Assembly: GCA_951406725.2 (NCBI GenBank)
Contig: OX597832.1
Coordinates: 23,684,001-23,748,000 of the forward strand
Source of the DNA: Octopus vulgaris
Taxonomy: Eukaryota
DNA length: 64,000 bases
Reading direction: 5' to 3'
Shown here one piece after another: positions 27,486 through 41,488 of the stretch. A program made the translations under genes and the position numbers. The notes under the pieces were generated by a model that was not told the DNA's origin, searched no databases, and worked only from the letters and a program-made list of their open reading frames with translations. Numbering within the stretch: the first letter of the stretch is position 1; the number at the start of each line of letters is the position of its first letter.

Positions 27486-28283
27486 CCTTTCTACACTAGG
27501 CACAAGGCCCGAAATTTTTGGAAAGGGGGCCAGTCGATAAGATCGACTCCAGTACGCAACTGGTACTTCATTTAACGACCCCGAAAGGATGAAAGGCAAA
27601 GGCGACCTCGGTGGAATTTGAACTCAGAACTAAAGACAGACGAAATATCGCTAAGCATTTCGCCCAGCGTGCTAACGTTTCTTATTTCTTTATTGACCAC
27701 AAGGGACTAAACATAGAGGAGACAAATAAGAACAGACAAACGGATTAAGTCGATTATATCGACCCCAGTGCGTAACTGGTACTTAATTTATCGACCCCGA
27801 AAGGATGAAAGGCAAAGTCGACCTCGGCGGAATTTGAATTCAGAACGTAACGGTAGATGAAATACCTATTTCTTTACTACCCACAAGGGGCTAAACACAG
27901 AGGGGACAAACAAGGACAGACAAACGGATTAAGTCGATTATATCGACCCCAGTGCGTAACTGGTACTTAATTTATCGACGCTGAAAGGATGAAAGGCAAA
28001 GTCGACCTCGGCGGAATTTGAATTCAGAACGTAACGGTAGACGAAATACCTATTTCTTTACTACCCACAAAGGGCTAAACGCAGAGGGGACAAACAAAGA
28101 CAGACAAACGGATCAAGTCGATTTGCATCGACCCCAGTGCGTAACTGGTACTCATTTAATCGACCCCGAAAGGATGAAAGGCAAAGTCGACCTCGACGAA
28201 ATTTGAACTCAGAACGTAACGGCAGACGAAATACCGCCAAGTATTTCGCCCGGCGTTCTAACGTTTCTGCCAGCTCGGCGCCA
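27486..28283 (-). mobile_element. Head-to-tail tetramer of SINE family B
   Basis: Units ~27486-27680, 27681-27865, 27866-28049 and 28050-28283. Outer duplication ACGTTTACGATATT (27472) and ACGTTAATGATATT (28286). Confidence 0.88.
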
Positions 28284-28863
28284 GGACGTTAATGATATTA
28301 ACATTAAAATGCACAACTGAAGAAATGAAACACAGCGAAAGGAAACGAAAATTCACTTGGCTTGTTATTCAAAGACACAAATTTAAAGAGCACAATTGGC
28401 GAGTTGACAAAATTATCTACTGATGGACAATAATAATAAAAAATTATAAAGCCAATAATAAATATTGATCTGTAGCATTGGCAGAAGATCAAATATGTTC
28501 AGGGTGTGGAAGCATCGTTGATTAGATTAGCCCTAAGCACATTAATGGTTTTATTGCACCGTTAAGGATCATAAGCAAAGTGAACTTTTGTGGGATTTGA
28601 ATGTAACTCGACAGTAGCATTAAATTTTGCAGTTTCTATCACTCACCACTCATCATTAGAATAATGAATACCCAAAATCAATGGGGGAATTTCCATGTGG
28701 TCGATTTGCCTGACAGAAACAGCAACCAAATCTCTCTGACCTTCTGTTCAGTTCCTTACATGGAAGAAAATAGTGGAATGGTCGCGATTGGAATGTCTCT
28801 GAGTCTAGATCTGATTGCTCGAGGCTGATCTAGAGTTTAGCAATAACTACAATAATAACAACT

Positions 28864-29465
28864 ATTTCTACGATGAGCACAAGGCCTGAAATTTGGGGGA
28901 AGGAGACTACTTGATTACATCAACCCCAGTACGCAACTGGTACTTAATTTATCGACCCCGAAAGAGATCCAATTTTTAAAAAAATTAATTAACGAAACAA
29001 AATTTCTTTCAACAATTTCATTCTCTTAAGCGTGACACGTGTCAGATACGTACAAAAAGCAAATTGGCGTGTTAATATTATTGATAATAATAATAATAAT
29101 AATAATTCTTCCTATTATAGGCACAAGGTCTGAAATTATGGGGAAGGGATTATATCGACCCCAGTGTTTCACTGGTACTTAATTTATCGATCCCGAAAGG
29201 CTGAAAGGTAAAGTCGACCTCGTCAGAAGAAGAAGAAGAAGAATATATTTCTTTATTGTCCACAGGGGCCTAAACATAGAGGGGATAAACAAAGGGATTA
29301 AGTCGATTACATTGACCCCAGTGCGTAACTGGTACTTATTTAATCGACCTCGAAAGGACGAAAGGCAAAGTCGACCTCGGTGGAATTTGAACTCAGAAAG
29401 TTACCGGCAGACGAAATGCCGCTAAGCAGCTTGTCCAGCGCGCTAGCGATTCCGCCAGCTCGACA
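28864..29465 (-). mobile_element. Cluster of three SINE family B copies or fragments
   Basis: ACTGGTACTTA.TTTA.TCGA..CCGAAAG repeated at ~28937, ~29171 and ~29329. Confidence 0.8.
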
Positions 29466-30091
29466 CCGTAGAAGAAGAAATAGAAGAAGAAGAAGAAGAA
29501 GAAGAAGAAGAAGAAGAAGAAGAAGAAGAAGAAGAAGAAATAGAAGAAGAAGAAGAAGAAGAAGAAGAAGAAGAAGAAGAAGAAGAAGAAGAAGAAGAAG
29601 AAGAAGAAGAAGAAGAAGAATATACTGAAAAACGTTTAATTAATGGCTGGTCAACGAAGCTTAAGTAACAATGTCATTACCAATTTAGGGCCCACTAAAA
29701 AAAAAAGGCAACAATAAAACTATCTTTAAGCAAACACGTGATCTAGAATACTGAACTTAAACTGCATCTAAAGTTCATTTAACGTCTAAAATTGTTTGTA
29801 TCATGTTTTTTACAGCAATTTTTCGTTTTATGGTCTCGTTCCACAAACGCTAATAGTTATGACATTTCCCGTTATTTTGTTCCTTGTCCTTGTCTTTCTG
29901 ATCTAAATACTCGTGTTTTTATCTCTCTCCCGAAATTGATATATTACTGTTGCAGTTTCATCCTCTGTCCTTTATATTTATCTAGTTCGCGTTTTGTCTC
30001 GTCTTTATCTTCCCAGCGCACACTTTTTGCACTTTTTATGAGGGAGAGAGTAAGAGTGAAAGGGAGAGAGGGAAAGAGAGAGAGAGAAATG

Positions 30092-30454
30092 GGATCTTTT
30101 CGCTTTGACCGGCAGATTTTTTAATTAATTTCTTTGTAACTAAAAAATGTTAAACTACGTATACTGGTAGAATGTGTTTATAAAACCTCTTTTTCTCTTG
30201 GCTTTCTTGAGAAAATTCTGTAGTTTTTAAGCTATTTGTTCTTTAATTTCTTGCATTTCGGCAATTTCAACTAATCAATGACGTCTATTTAGGTGAATTC
30301 AATTTCTGCCATAAACATTTTCTTGCGGTGTCATATGAAAATGTCCCTGTTATTTATGAGAAAAAAGAAACCCTGTGGCCACATTCTACCAGTATACGAA
30401 GTTTAGTTACAAAGAAATTATTTTAAAAATCTGCCGGTCAAAGCGAAAAGATCC
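30092..30454. mobile_element. MITE with long TIRs and 8-bp TSD (Merlin- or MULE-like)
   Basis: GGATCTTTTCGCTTTGACCGGCAGATTTTT ... AAAAATCTGCCGGTCAAAGCGAAAAGATCC, with the inverted similarity extending ~80 bp; GAGAAATG and GAGAAAGG flanks. Confidence 0.85.
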
Positions 30455-30822
30455 GAGAAAGGTTGTATGTATGTGTGAGAAGACATGTCAGTGTGCGTGC
30501 GTGTCCTATCGCTTGTAAGCGCGACTGGTGAATTGTAACCCAGCACAAACTGTTGCATGCTCGGATTGAAGGCCACTAAACTGGCAACCTCGGCGAGCTC
30601 GCTTGATGAGGAAGGTGACATTGGACACTCTGCCAGATGAAAAACAAGGTTTCTAAAAGGGTTCCTGAAATCATGGAGGACAATGGCTATCTTATAACTC
30701 AAATGAGAAATCGAAGAAACAAATAATCTTCAAACTTGGCAGCAACAGTCCAATGGGGGTGAACTGGTACATGTGACAACGTAATGTCCTACAAGCGATG
30801 ACGAAATATCGAATATAGATAA

Positions 30823-30890
<68 letters not shown>

Positions 30891-31040
30891 TTAGACAGAC
30901 AGATAGATACATGCATACATTCACATATACATATATTTATCTATGATATACAATATATTTCATAAAATATAAATATGTATTATATATATATCGTGTGTAT
31001 TTACTTATATACATACATAAACATAGATCTATACAGTAAT

Positions 31041-31118
<78 letters not shown>

Positions 31119-31119
<1 letters not shown>

Positions 31120-31568
31120 GTTTAAATATTTGTTGTGCAAGATTTTTTATGTGAAGTCGTGTGTTGAAACAGATATTGTTATATTTCGGAATGGTCATTT
31201 TGCCAGTTTAGCCAATAAAAACACACGCACTATATATTTGGTGTTATTTTGCTTCAGTGTTATTTATTTTTTACATTAATCTTAATCTTATTTCGGCCAG
31301 AGTTCTTTCGTCACACTCCTGTGACCGCATCAGTGGTTCTTTGTTTTCTTCTTTCTTATTTGTGTCTCTCCTTACTAACCGTCACAAATAAGAAAGAAGA
31401 AAACAAAGAACCACTGATGCGGTCACAGGAGTGTGACGAAAGAACTCTGGCCGAAATAAGATTAAGATTAATGTAAAAAATAAATAACACTGAAGCAAAA
31501 TAACACCAAATATATAGTGCGTGTGTTTTTATTGGCTAAACTGGCAAAATGACCATTCCGAAATATAG

Positions 31569-31574
<6 letters not shown>
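31119..31574 (-). mobile_element. Non-coding PLE-type unit in (TA)n with a 192-bp near-perfect fold-back and hammerhead-like motifs
   Basis: Arms 31173-31364 and 31383-31574, 18-nt loop. CCA/CTGATGCG/GTCAC-aggagt-GTGAC/GAA-AG-aa-CT-C/TGG at 31411-31450 and mirrored in the left arm. Confidence 0.8.
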
Positions 31575-31626
<52 letters not shown>

Positions 31627-31780
31627 ACAGTGCTCCAGCATGGCTGCAAGCTCTGGCTAAACCCGATAATAGAATAATATATGATATATATATTACATAT
31701 AATACATATAAAAATATAAACGCACGTCATATATTCATATAACACACAAACGCACACACACACACACACATATATGTATG

Positions 31781-31814
<34 letters not shown>

Positions 31815-32089
31815 TGTATGTATGTATGTATGTACTTTCCACTATATATATATATTCACATATATTTTTATACATAAAACATACATATTTTGTATATATA
31901 ATTCTGTAAATCAATTGCCCAGAAATGGCCAATCTTCTGATTTAGGAATTATATGTTAGACCTGGAAATAAAATATCTGGGAAAGATAGTAATAAAATAA
32001 AATAAAAAAAGAAATGTTTCGAAATTCTCTGCTGGATGTACATATTGAATAGGGCTCCATACATACATGCCGGGCGCTATATAGTAGAT

Positions 32090-32140
<51 letters not shown>

Positions 32141-32720
32141 ACATAATTTTAGTTCATCTTAAGATATTTAATTATTGAGAGTGCACAACGACTCAGCAGG
32201 TGGCCGGGGCTTTGAATTTGATGTTTATGTGATGAGTCGATGTACACTCTCAGTAATTGAATAACTTTCTTAGCTGATATAAAGTAGGAAAAAAATAAAA
32301 GTTCATTATCGTCTGACTGTACCTGCGTGTGCGCATGCGTGCGTTTGTTCGTGCGTGTGTAACATTTTTCTATGTGTGTGTATGTGTGTGTGTGTGCCCC
32401 AGCATGGCCACAGTCTAAAGAATGAAAGAAGCAAAAGATATACATAATATCATTATTCTTTTATTCTTTTATTCGTTTCAGTCATTTCACTGCGGCCATG
32501 CTGGAGCTGATAAAATTCCGTGCTACATCTCACGGAATTTTGTCGCGGTCTCAAAGCGACGAAAATATTTTGGCAAATTAAATTTAAATGTTGAAGTGAA
32601 TCTAACGGTTCTTGTGTGGTTCTTAAATGGCTTATAAACACCTTCCACGCAGCAATTATTTTCGTCTCAGCACACGATCTCAGATCAGATCACTTGCTAT
32701 GCAAGTACATCCCAGTATTT

Positions 32721-33118
32721 ATATATATATATAAAAGTGAAGTTGTGTGTCTGTCTCCTACGATTTAGATTCCTAACTACTCCCACATTTTGCGGTGCAG
32801 TGTAACCAAAAGCGGGTATCTTATAGTCGTGATTCATATCGAGCCCTTCTGCGTATTAGCGCGCGTCTACGATGAGTCTACAATTTTAAAAAAATTACCA
32901 TCATTTTTTCCCATTTTTAATGCATTTTTTTCTTTTATATAAGGGAAGTAACTCTCTAAAAATGTATTATTAAATCTCAGAACGTAAAAAGCTACACTAA
33001 CACCACCACCCCCTTTGTTGTTAGCCATATTGAGATGGCTATTATACTTTACATCTCTAAAAATGCTTATATAGTTATTTCCCTTACAAACCCGAGCAAC
33101 GCCGGGCGATACTGCTAG
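32721..33118 (+). mobile_element. Non-autonomous Helitron
   Basis: 5' (TA)n-AAAAGTGAAGTTGTGTGTCTGTC; 3' hairpin CCCG-agcaacgc-CGGG ending 8 nt before the terminal CTAG|T; no TSD. Confidence 0.8.
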
Positions 33119-33517
33119 TATATATATATATATATACACAGACAAACAGACAGATAGATGCCTGTGCGTGATTCCTCTGTGCTTGATTATTCTGGCTGTT
33201 TTCATTTCTATCAACATTTTTCACCCTTTCTGATGGATTCTTTACAATTTGTTCTAAATAAAGCGTCAAAGAATCAGCCAATACCAAACAAGAGAAAACT
33301 TATTAGCGAATTTAAAACTGGAACGCCACCTTGCTTTTCGATGCATGTCTACAATAGAAATTCCCCATGTATATTCATACTTACATATACCTCTATACGT
33401 GTATGTGTGTGTGTTTGCGTGTGTGTGTACATTGCGTGGGTGTGAATGCGTAGGCGTTTTTATGTGTATATGAGAATATGTATGGTGAGAGAGAGAAAGG
33501 TGCATGGATAGATAGAT

Positions 33518-33568
<51 letters not shown>

Positions 33569-33579
33569 TAGAGAGAGAG

Positions 33580-33632
<53 letters not shown>

Positions 33633-33702
33633 TAGAGAGATAGAGAGAGATGTATAGATGGATAGATATGTTTCTTTATTAGCCACACAGGGCTGCATAG
33701 AC

Positions 33703-33765
<63 letters not shown>

Positions 33766-33776
33766 TAGATAGATAT

Positions 33777-33816
<40 letters not shown>

Positions 33817-34580
33817 AGATACAGCTATGTGTGTGTACATGTGTGTGTGCGTTTATATACATATATCTATATTTGTATATGTATGGTGTATATGTCTGTG
33901 TATGTGTGTATCTACATCTGTATGTGTCTGTGTGTGTATGTCCGCGTATATATCCTTGTATGTCACTCTCTGTGAACGCAAACATTTCTGTATATTATAC
34001 TTTCATACGACTAATTATTCATAGGTCATGTTTTTTTCTCTGCTGCATGTAATATGTAATAAGTCTCTTGTATGTATTCTGATGCTAAACTAATGCTACA
34101 CAAGCCTGTTTTCTGTTGAAGTTCTATTTTTTTTTGTGTTTTTTTGTTTTGTATTTGTTTTGTTTTGTTCTTTTCTTTTTTTTTTTCAATGCCTTACGTT
34201 TTGTTGTTCATAGCATTAAGGCTATCAAGATGGAGGTACTTTGATTTACGCCTGGTAGAATATACTTGCTATTCATACATACGTGTGTGCATAAGCATAG
34301 CTGTGCGTGTGAATATATATATGTGTGTGTCTTTCTGTGTTTGTGTGCGTGTATGTACATGTATGTACGTATATATATATAGGTAGGTTGGTAGGTAGGC
34401 AGGGAGTAAATTCAAAAGGTGTAAAAACATCAGAGACGCTTCGCTCCATGCAGAGACTGCAGGAGCCACTTAAAGAAATTGTAAGTTCTTCTGCTGGTAA
34501 CTGAAGCTATTATAATGTAGGAAACCCTTCCGTATTTCCCACTTTTATCTCGCTATCACAAGCTTTACGGCATGAATATC

Positions 34581-34704
<124 letters not shown>

Positions 34705-34717
34705 ATGTATATATATA

Positions 34718-34906
34718 GGGAGAATTCACAAAAAAACAAAAGACGAAGACAGGTGGTGTAGACAACAAATATATGTATTAGTTTAACGCTCGGGAAGTGA
34801 AAAAGTCTTTAACGTTTCGAGCCTACGATCTTCCACAGAAAGGAACACAGAAAGAAACAAGGAGAGAAAGTAAAGAATGGGTAGTGGTTAGCGATCTATC
34901 ATGACA

Positions 34907-34908
<2 letters not shown>
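34718..34908 (-). mobile_element. Short TA-flanked unit with variant hammerhead (same family as 36184-36330)
   Basis: Minus strand CTTT/CTGTGGAA/GA(T)C-gtag-GCTC/GAAACGTT/AAAG at 34842-34807; high similarity to 36184-36330. Confidence 0.65.
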
Positions 34909-34965
<57 letters not shown>

Positions 34966-35129
34966 AGTGTGTGTGTTTTTCTGTGTGCGTGTATGTATAT
35001 ATGTATATATGTCATTTTTCAGTTTTATTTCAAGGTTTCTTGGCAATTGAGAAACAGCCAGTCTCTAACGTAGATCCAAGGCTCTTTCAACAGCAACAGG
35101 GTATTTTTGTTTATGTTTATATTTAAGGA

Positions 35130-35710
35130 AGGGTGAAGTCGAATGGCACTAGTTTTATCGACTCGTAAATGATGAATGGCAAAGTCGACCTGGGCGGAAT
35201 TTGAACTCAGAACGTAAAAACGGGCGAAATATTTTGGATCATTTCGTTCGACATGCTAACAATTTTGCCAGCTCGCCATCCTCTGTCCCTTAATCATATT
35301 GGTTTCAAATGTTGGCACGAGGCCAGTAAGTTTGGTATAAGGAGCTAATCCACTAAATCGATCCCAGTGTTCAACTGATACTAATTTTATCGTTCCCGAT
35401 TGTATGAAAGCCGAAGTCAACCTAAGTGGAATTTGAACCCAGAACGTAAAGACGGAAGAACTGCCGGTTAGCATTTTTCCTGGCGTGGAAACGACTCCGC
35501 CAGCTCACTACCTTCGGGCACGACATTTTGGGGGAGGGAACTAGGCGATTAGATCGACCTCATTACACAACTGGTACTTAATTCATCGACCCATAAAGGA
35601 TAAAAGGCAAAGTCGACCTCGGCAGAATTTGAACTCAGAACGTAAAGACAAGCGAAATACCGCTAAGCGTTTCGCCTGACGTGCTAACGATTCTGCCAGC
35701 TCACTGCCAG
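35130..35710 (-). mobile_element. Three diverged SINE family B copies in tandem
   Basis: GAATTTGAAC.CAGAACGTAAA..GCCAGCTC occurs three times. Confidence 0.8.
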
Positions 35711-36128
35711 TCCCTTGAAAATATTAAACTCCAAACAAAACAGATACTGGTTAAGGAAAGTAACTTATTAGATACCAATATAATTTGTACTATACTCGCT
35801 GCTCACAACAAAAACATGGCCATAAAAACCCCCACAGAAAACAACAGTTTCTAGATAATCACACTTGGATTGTATAGAGACGTTGATGGACATAATCAGA
35901 AAGTTCTACGGCCATGTTTGAGAATCTTTTATGAAGATTTTTATTTTCCTTTGAACTTATCGACGTATCGATCTCCACTTATTTAAGTCAATTATTTTGT
36001 ATAACAGCAAACACCAAGAGCAATACCAGTTTGTAGACCGATCGTTATACATTAACTCACTCGTACAGACGCATGTGTGTACGTAATGTAAGCGTATATA
36101 TGTATGCATATATATATGTATGTATGTG

Positions 36129-36183
<55 letters not shown>

Positions 36184-36187
<4 letters not shown>

Positions 36188-36330
36188 AATGTTTACGAAA
36201 ATAAACAAACGACGAAGGCAGGTGGTGTACAAACAAACAGATGTATTAGTATAGCGCTCAGAAATATAAAAAGTATTTTACGTTTCGAGCCTACGCTCTT
36301 CTACAGAAAGATACACAGAAAAAACAAGAT
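36184..36330 (-). mobile_element. Short TA-flanked unit with variant hammerhead
   Basis: TTT/CTGTAGAA/GAGC-gtag-GCTC/GAAACGTA/AAA at 36310-36276. Confidence 0.65.
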
Positions 36331-36368
36331 ATATATATACAAACATATATAAGTATATATATATATAG

Positions 36369-36439
<71 letters not shown>

Positions 36440-36500
36440 TATATGTTTGTGTGTGTGTGTGTGTGTGTACTTGTGTGTGTAGTTATGTGTGTGTGTATGT

Positions 36501-36786
36501 GAAGGCTTAACTATACGAAACTTCGCAGTCACAGTCAATACTATTCTTGTTGAAGAATGATAAATTTGCACTCTACCAAATGCGTTGATAATCCTTCAAT
36601 TTAATATAAAATTGCTTTTAACATAAAACTCAGAAAATAAAGGAGATTTTCCCGGTGAGTGTATTAAATTATAAGGCCCAAAAAGAAAATCACTCTCCCC
36701 AGACACAACAGAATATGCTTCAACACACGAACTCATATAAAGAATCTTGCAAACCAAATCCAAAAACGAAATACAATCAGTAATAT
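36501..36786 (+). mobile_element. Relative of the 31.1-kb unit, 5'-truncated within its hammerhead
   Basis: 3' end TTCAACACACGAACTCATATAAAGAATCTTGCA resembles the minus-strand end of the 31119 unit (TTCAACACACGACTTCACATAAAAAATCTTGCA). Starts near GAA-ACT-tcgc-AGT-C (36517-36530). Confidence 0.55.
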
Positions 36787-36796
36787 ACATACATAC

Positions 36797-36854
<58 letters not shown>

Positions 36855-37188
36855 GTCTGTGTGTGTGTGTACATATAAACCCAATGGGATTTACACTAAA
36901 AAAACGGCTAAAAATGAAATATTGTTTCAGACTAAGTAGATAGGAAAAGCCATTATTAAAAAGTCAAAACCAGACATCTAAAGGAAAATTGTCTACTAGA
37001 AATGGCCGAAACTCTTTGCATGAACACCCCTGTACATAACTCCATGTCCCCCTACATGGCCTTGTTTTTTGCTTTTTGAGCCAAAAAATTAACTCAACTT
37101 AACTTAACTTATGTCTATATATATCACCGCTTTGTATCCAAAAGAAAACGACAAAACAAGCACCTACAAAACCACACATACACACATA

Positions 37189-37224
<36 letters not shown>

Positions 37225-37411
37225 AAGATATAAGGATATATTAATATGATGCTATATTAAATACGTTATAATACAGGTAGCTAAAACAATTAAAAACCAA
37301 AAAGAATATATAAATAAGGGTACAAAGTAGCACCTCCAATTGCTAAGAGCTGAAGAATATAACTCGAATAGCCACACAAAATCACTGACCTCATGAGATG
37401 TGTGTGGGGAG

Positions 37412-37485
<74 letters not shown>

Positions 37486-37626
37486 GACTAACCTGCGTGG
37501 AAGTTTTTGTGTCATATATTATGATAAATAGCTGTCAAATCTCACTGAAACCACGCCCTACGCTAGGTCAAAAGATGTAGAAAAACAGAAAGTTGGAATG
37601 GAGTAGTAGTAAGAAACTATTTCTCA

Positions 37627-37665
<39 letters not shown>

Positions 37666-38351
37666 TCTCTTTCTCTCTCACCGTCTCCGTTTCCCTCTGT
37701 CTCTTCTTTCTCTTTTCTATCTACTTTCCCCCTTCTCCCTCCCTCTCTCTAAAATAGATGAGTAGAAACAGAGAATGCGTAACAGATAGCGACAGAAGGA
37801 CAGCCATGGTGATGACAGCGGTGGTACGTTTAAGTGACGTCAAACTTTCATCTTTCTATCCTTTCTCATTTACTCTCTTCCTTTTTCTTTCTCTCTCTGT
37901 CTCTCACTCACTCATCCCCCTCTCTCTCTCTCTCTCTCATGCTGGGAAAGAAAGAAAAGAAGAATGATAGATTTATGTGACGCACGGGAATACTAAATTC
38001 AAAATCGAATTAAATCCAATAGTGGATTTAATTCTTATCGAAGTGATGTGTAGATTCCATCTCTTGAAACCTACTTCCATTAAACTTCAGTTAATTCTTT
38101 AACGATCAGCATTACTGCTGTAACATCTTCGCTTGAGTTCGTGCCAGTTCATAAAACAATAGATTTTGATTCTATCAGTAAATTATAGAACTGTTAACAA
38201 AAGGTTACATTAATGTTTTGCATTGAGTTATCGGCAGTCATACACTTTGATCTTTCATGGTTTCTGTTGATCTTTATCTTCTCTCTTTCAGTCAACAGAT
38301 TGTGGCCATGCATATATATATAATATACATATCTATATATACATATATATA

Positions 38352-38995
<644 letters not shown>

Positions 38996-39160
38996 TGATG
39001 AGGAAAACGAAAGATGAATTTAGTATGAATTTGTATTCAATACGACCATCGTTTTGACCCATCCTGCAGTTGTCCCTTAGTGGTAGGATATTGTGTATTT
39101 AGTTGTGCTGCATCAATCAGTGCAGGTTGTGTCACTCCAGGTGCTTGTTGTAAAGAGATA
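38996..39160 (-). mobile_element. Repeat with extended-stem-II hammerhead-like motif (inverted relative at 41812-41975)
   Basis: Minus strand AGCAC/CTGGAGT/GAC..CCTGCA...TGCAGG..GTC/AAAA-CGATGG-TC/GTATT. Confidence 0.55.
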
Positions 39161-39345
39161 ACCCACTAGATATACTGAGTTCTCCTTGGCATGTTATTCT
39201 CTCTCGTTGTACACTGATGTAGATCCAGTGAAAATTATATCGTAACTGCGGGTGACATCAGGTAGCCCAAACGGTAAATATGCTTTAATCGACATACTAA
39301 TAGACATATATCCAAAGTCCAAATAGTTATATATATATATATGCA

Positions 39346-39376
<31 letters not shown>

Positions 39377-39502
39377 ATGTATGTATGTATGTATGTATGT
39401 ATGTATGTATGTATGTATGTATGTATGTATGAAGATGCGATGTGTAAATTGTCTCCATTTTCGCGCATGCACATTGTTTTTGATTTTGTCGGCTACACAG
39501 TA

Positions 39503-39968
39503 TAGTAGGGTCAGTTGGACACCGTCTGTGAGAAAAACAGCACCATGACACAATTTGCTCTGCCAGAAATTTGGAAACCATATGCTGTACTGCTTAGCAT
39601 TCCCGCCGAAGACTCCAATATGAACATTTCAGAGTGCTCGGGTGTCAATCTTAGGACAGTGCAATCTGAGGACATGTACCGAGAATGATGAAAATCAAAC
39701 ACCCAGTCAACGTCATGGGGTTTGGAGTGATCACTAGTGTTGACGACTTTATGCCCCCATTCATCTTCCCACACAGCCTCAGATTTAACACGGAGGCCTA
39801 CATCAAGTGCCGGAAGTATGTAGTGCTGCCCCTGGTCAAGAAGGTGGCTACTAGAAGACCCTATGCCTGGCAACAGGACTCTTCACCATGCCACACAAGC
39901 AGGAGAACCCAGTCATGACTGTCAGACAATTTCTACAACCACATCACCCCTAACCTCTGGCCACCTAA
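39503..39968 (+). mobile_element. Tc1/mariner-superfamily (maT/DD37D-like) transposase remnant
   Basis: KHPVNVMGFGVITS..MPPFIFP..FNTEAYI..VVLPLV..RPYAWQQDSSPCHTSRRTQS*LSDNF..WPPN. Confidence 0.8.
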
Positions 39969-39974
39969 CTATAC

Positions 39975-40545
39975 GGATGTCCTGAATCCATACTTGATGC
40001 GTGTTATTAATACGTCCAGTAATGCCAGCTAATCGCCTTTTTGTCATTTTGTCTTTTTTTATACCGCAAGCTGACCTTTCCTGGACGATTCCTTAACTTC
40101 AATTCCCACCATCCATACAGTGTAAAGAGTGGGATTGCTCAGTGCCTAAAACATCGCGAAAAGAATATAAGTAGCGATCGTGATACACACCGCGAAGAAA
40201 TGATCAAGCTCGATAATGATCTGTTAAGCAACAACTACCCCAAAAACATACTATCCACTCCAATTATGAAGAAGAGAGAAGATGAGGCCAATAAACTGTC
40301 CACAGTCTGTTTTCCCTATGTGAAAGGTCTCTCCGAAAAGATACAAAAGATATGCGGCCCATATGACATCGGGACAGTATTCAAGTGTAAAAAATACCTT
40401 AGGAATGAGAACCCAGGTTCGAAATTTCCCCAAGACACCTGAAGAAGGCTGGAGGGTATATCAGCCGAAACGTTGTGTTGACAACAAAGATGAGGACAAA
40501 TATCCGTCGAATGCAAATGATATAAATAGTATATTATTTTATTCA
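39975..40545 (+). mobile_element. Internally deleted Penelope-like element: RT thumb/linker fragment fused to a hammerhead-bearing 3' end
   Basis: YRKLTFPGRFLNFNSHHP..KSGIAQCL..NISS..NNYP..VCFPYVKGLSEKIQKI..TVFK is the typical PLE post-RT region; hammerhead at 40434. Confidence 0.88.
40434..40479 (+). ncRNA. Minimal type I hammerhead ribozyme (best-preserved in the window)
   Basis: GACAC / CTGAAGA-A / GGCTG-gagggtatat-CAGCC / GAAACGTT / GTGTT; the palindromic AACGTT stem III is typical of dimer-acting PLE hammerheads. Confidence 0.8.
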
Positions 40546-40879
40546 TATATATATATCAAATTCAATTTCCAAAATTGATTAAGTGAGATATATAATCCTC
40601 GCGGGTATCGTGCTCGCTCTAATCAGTTAACAATTCTGGTTAACCTCAGTGAATGTCGATGAACTGCAGTTAGTTGAATTTACTATACTCGTTTGCTTCT
40701 CACTTCGATAAATCCAAATGTCTTTATAAAGACCGCATAGTGTCGTCGGTAGAGAAGAAATAATAAATTAATAAATATCAGAACCAGAGATTCACACATC
40801 CAGGCTTTATAAAGAAAGATGTGATTTTAACTGTGTAATAAAGCCTGGATATGTGGACCTCTGTTCTCCTGCTATATAC

Positions 40880-40958
<79 letters not shown>

Positions 40959-40973
40959 TAGATAGATAGATAT

Positions 40974-41069
<96 letters not shown>

Positions 41070-41071
41070 GT

Positions 41072-41142
<71 letters not shown>

Positions 41143-41425
41143 AACACATATACGGCAATGGTACATGTTTGTTTATCTAATCGCAAAGCTAAGTTACCTG
41201 CATGATGTAACTAGAAACAACAAGAATAGCGCTAGTTGTCTCACGTGCACACAGCCACAGAGACAAACTGCTGGCTGATTACAGTGTTGGACTCACGATC
41301 ATAAGGCTATGAGTTCGTTTCCTGGGACTACCCAAACACCGTGTCCCTGAGCATGGTTTCGTCATTTCACGTTGTTCCATCTTATTCAGCTGACAATAAG
41401 TACCAACCGACGAATGAAACAGCCC

Positions 41426-41488
<63 letters not shown>

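Noticed and set aside
27486-28283. CRISPR-like periodic array
   Set aside because: Units are ~185-230-bp SINE copies without unique spacers; the context is eukaryotic and there are no cas genes.
30418-30810. Non-repetitive, balanced-GC stretch with a 94-aa ORF
   Set aside because: No recognisable domain or convincing splice sites; possibly a decayed TE.
31173-31574. Pre-miRNA or MITE reading of the long hairpins
   Set aside because: Arms are too long and perfect for a pre-miRNA, and the elements are asymmetric with a unique extension on one side, unlike the true MITE at 30092.
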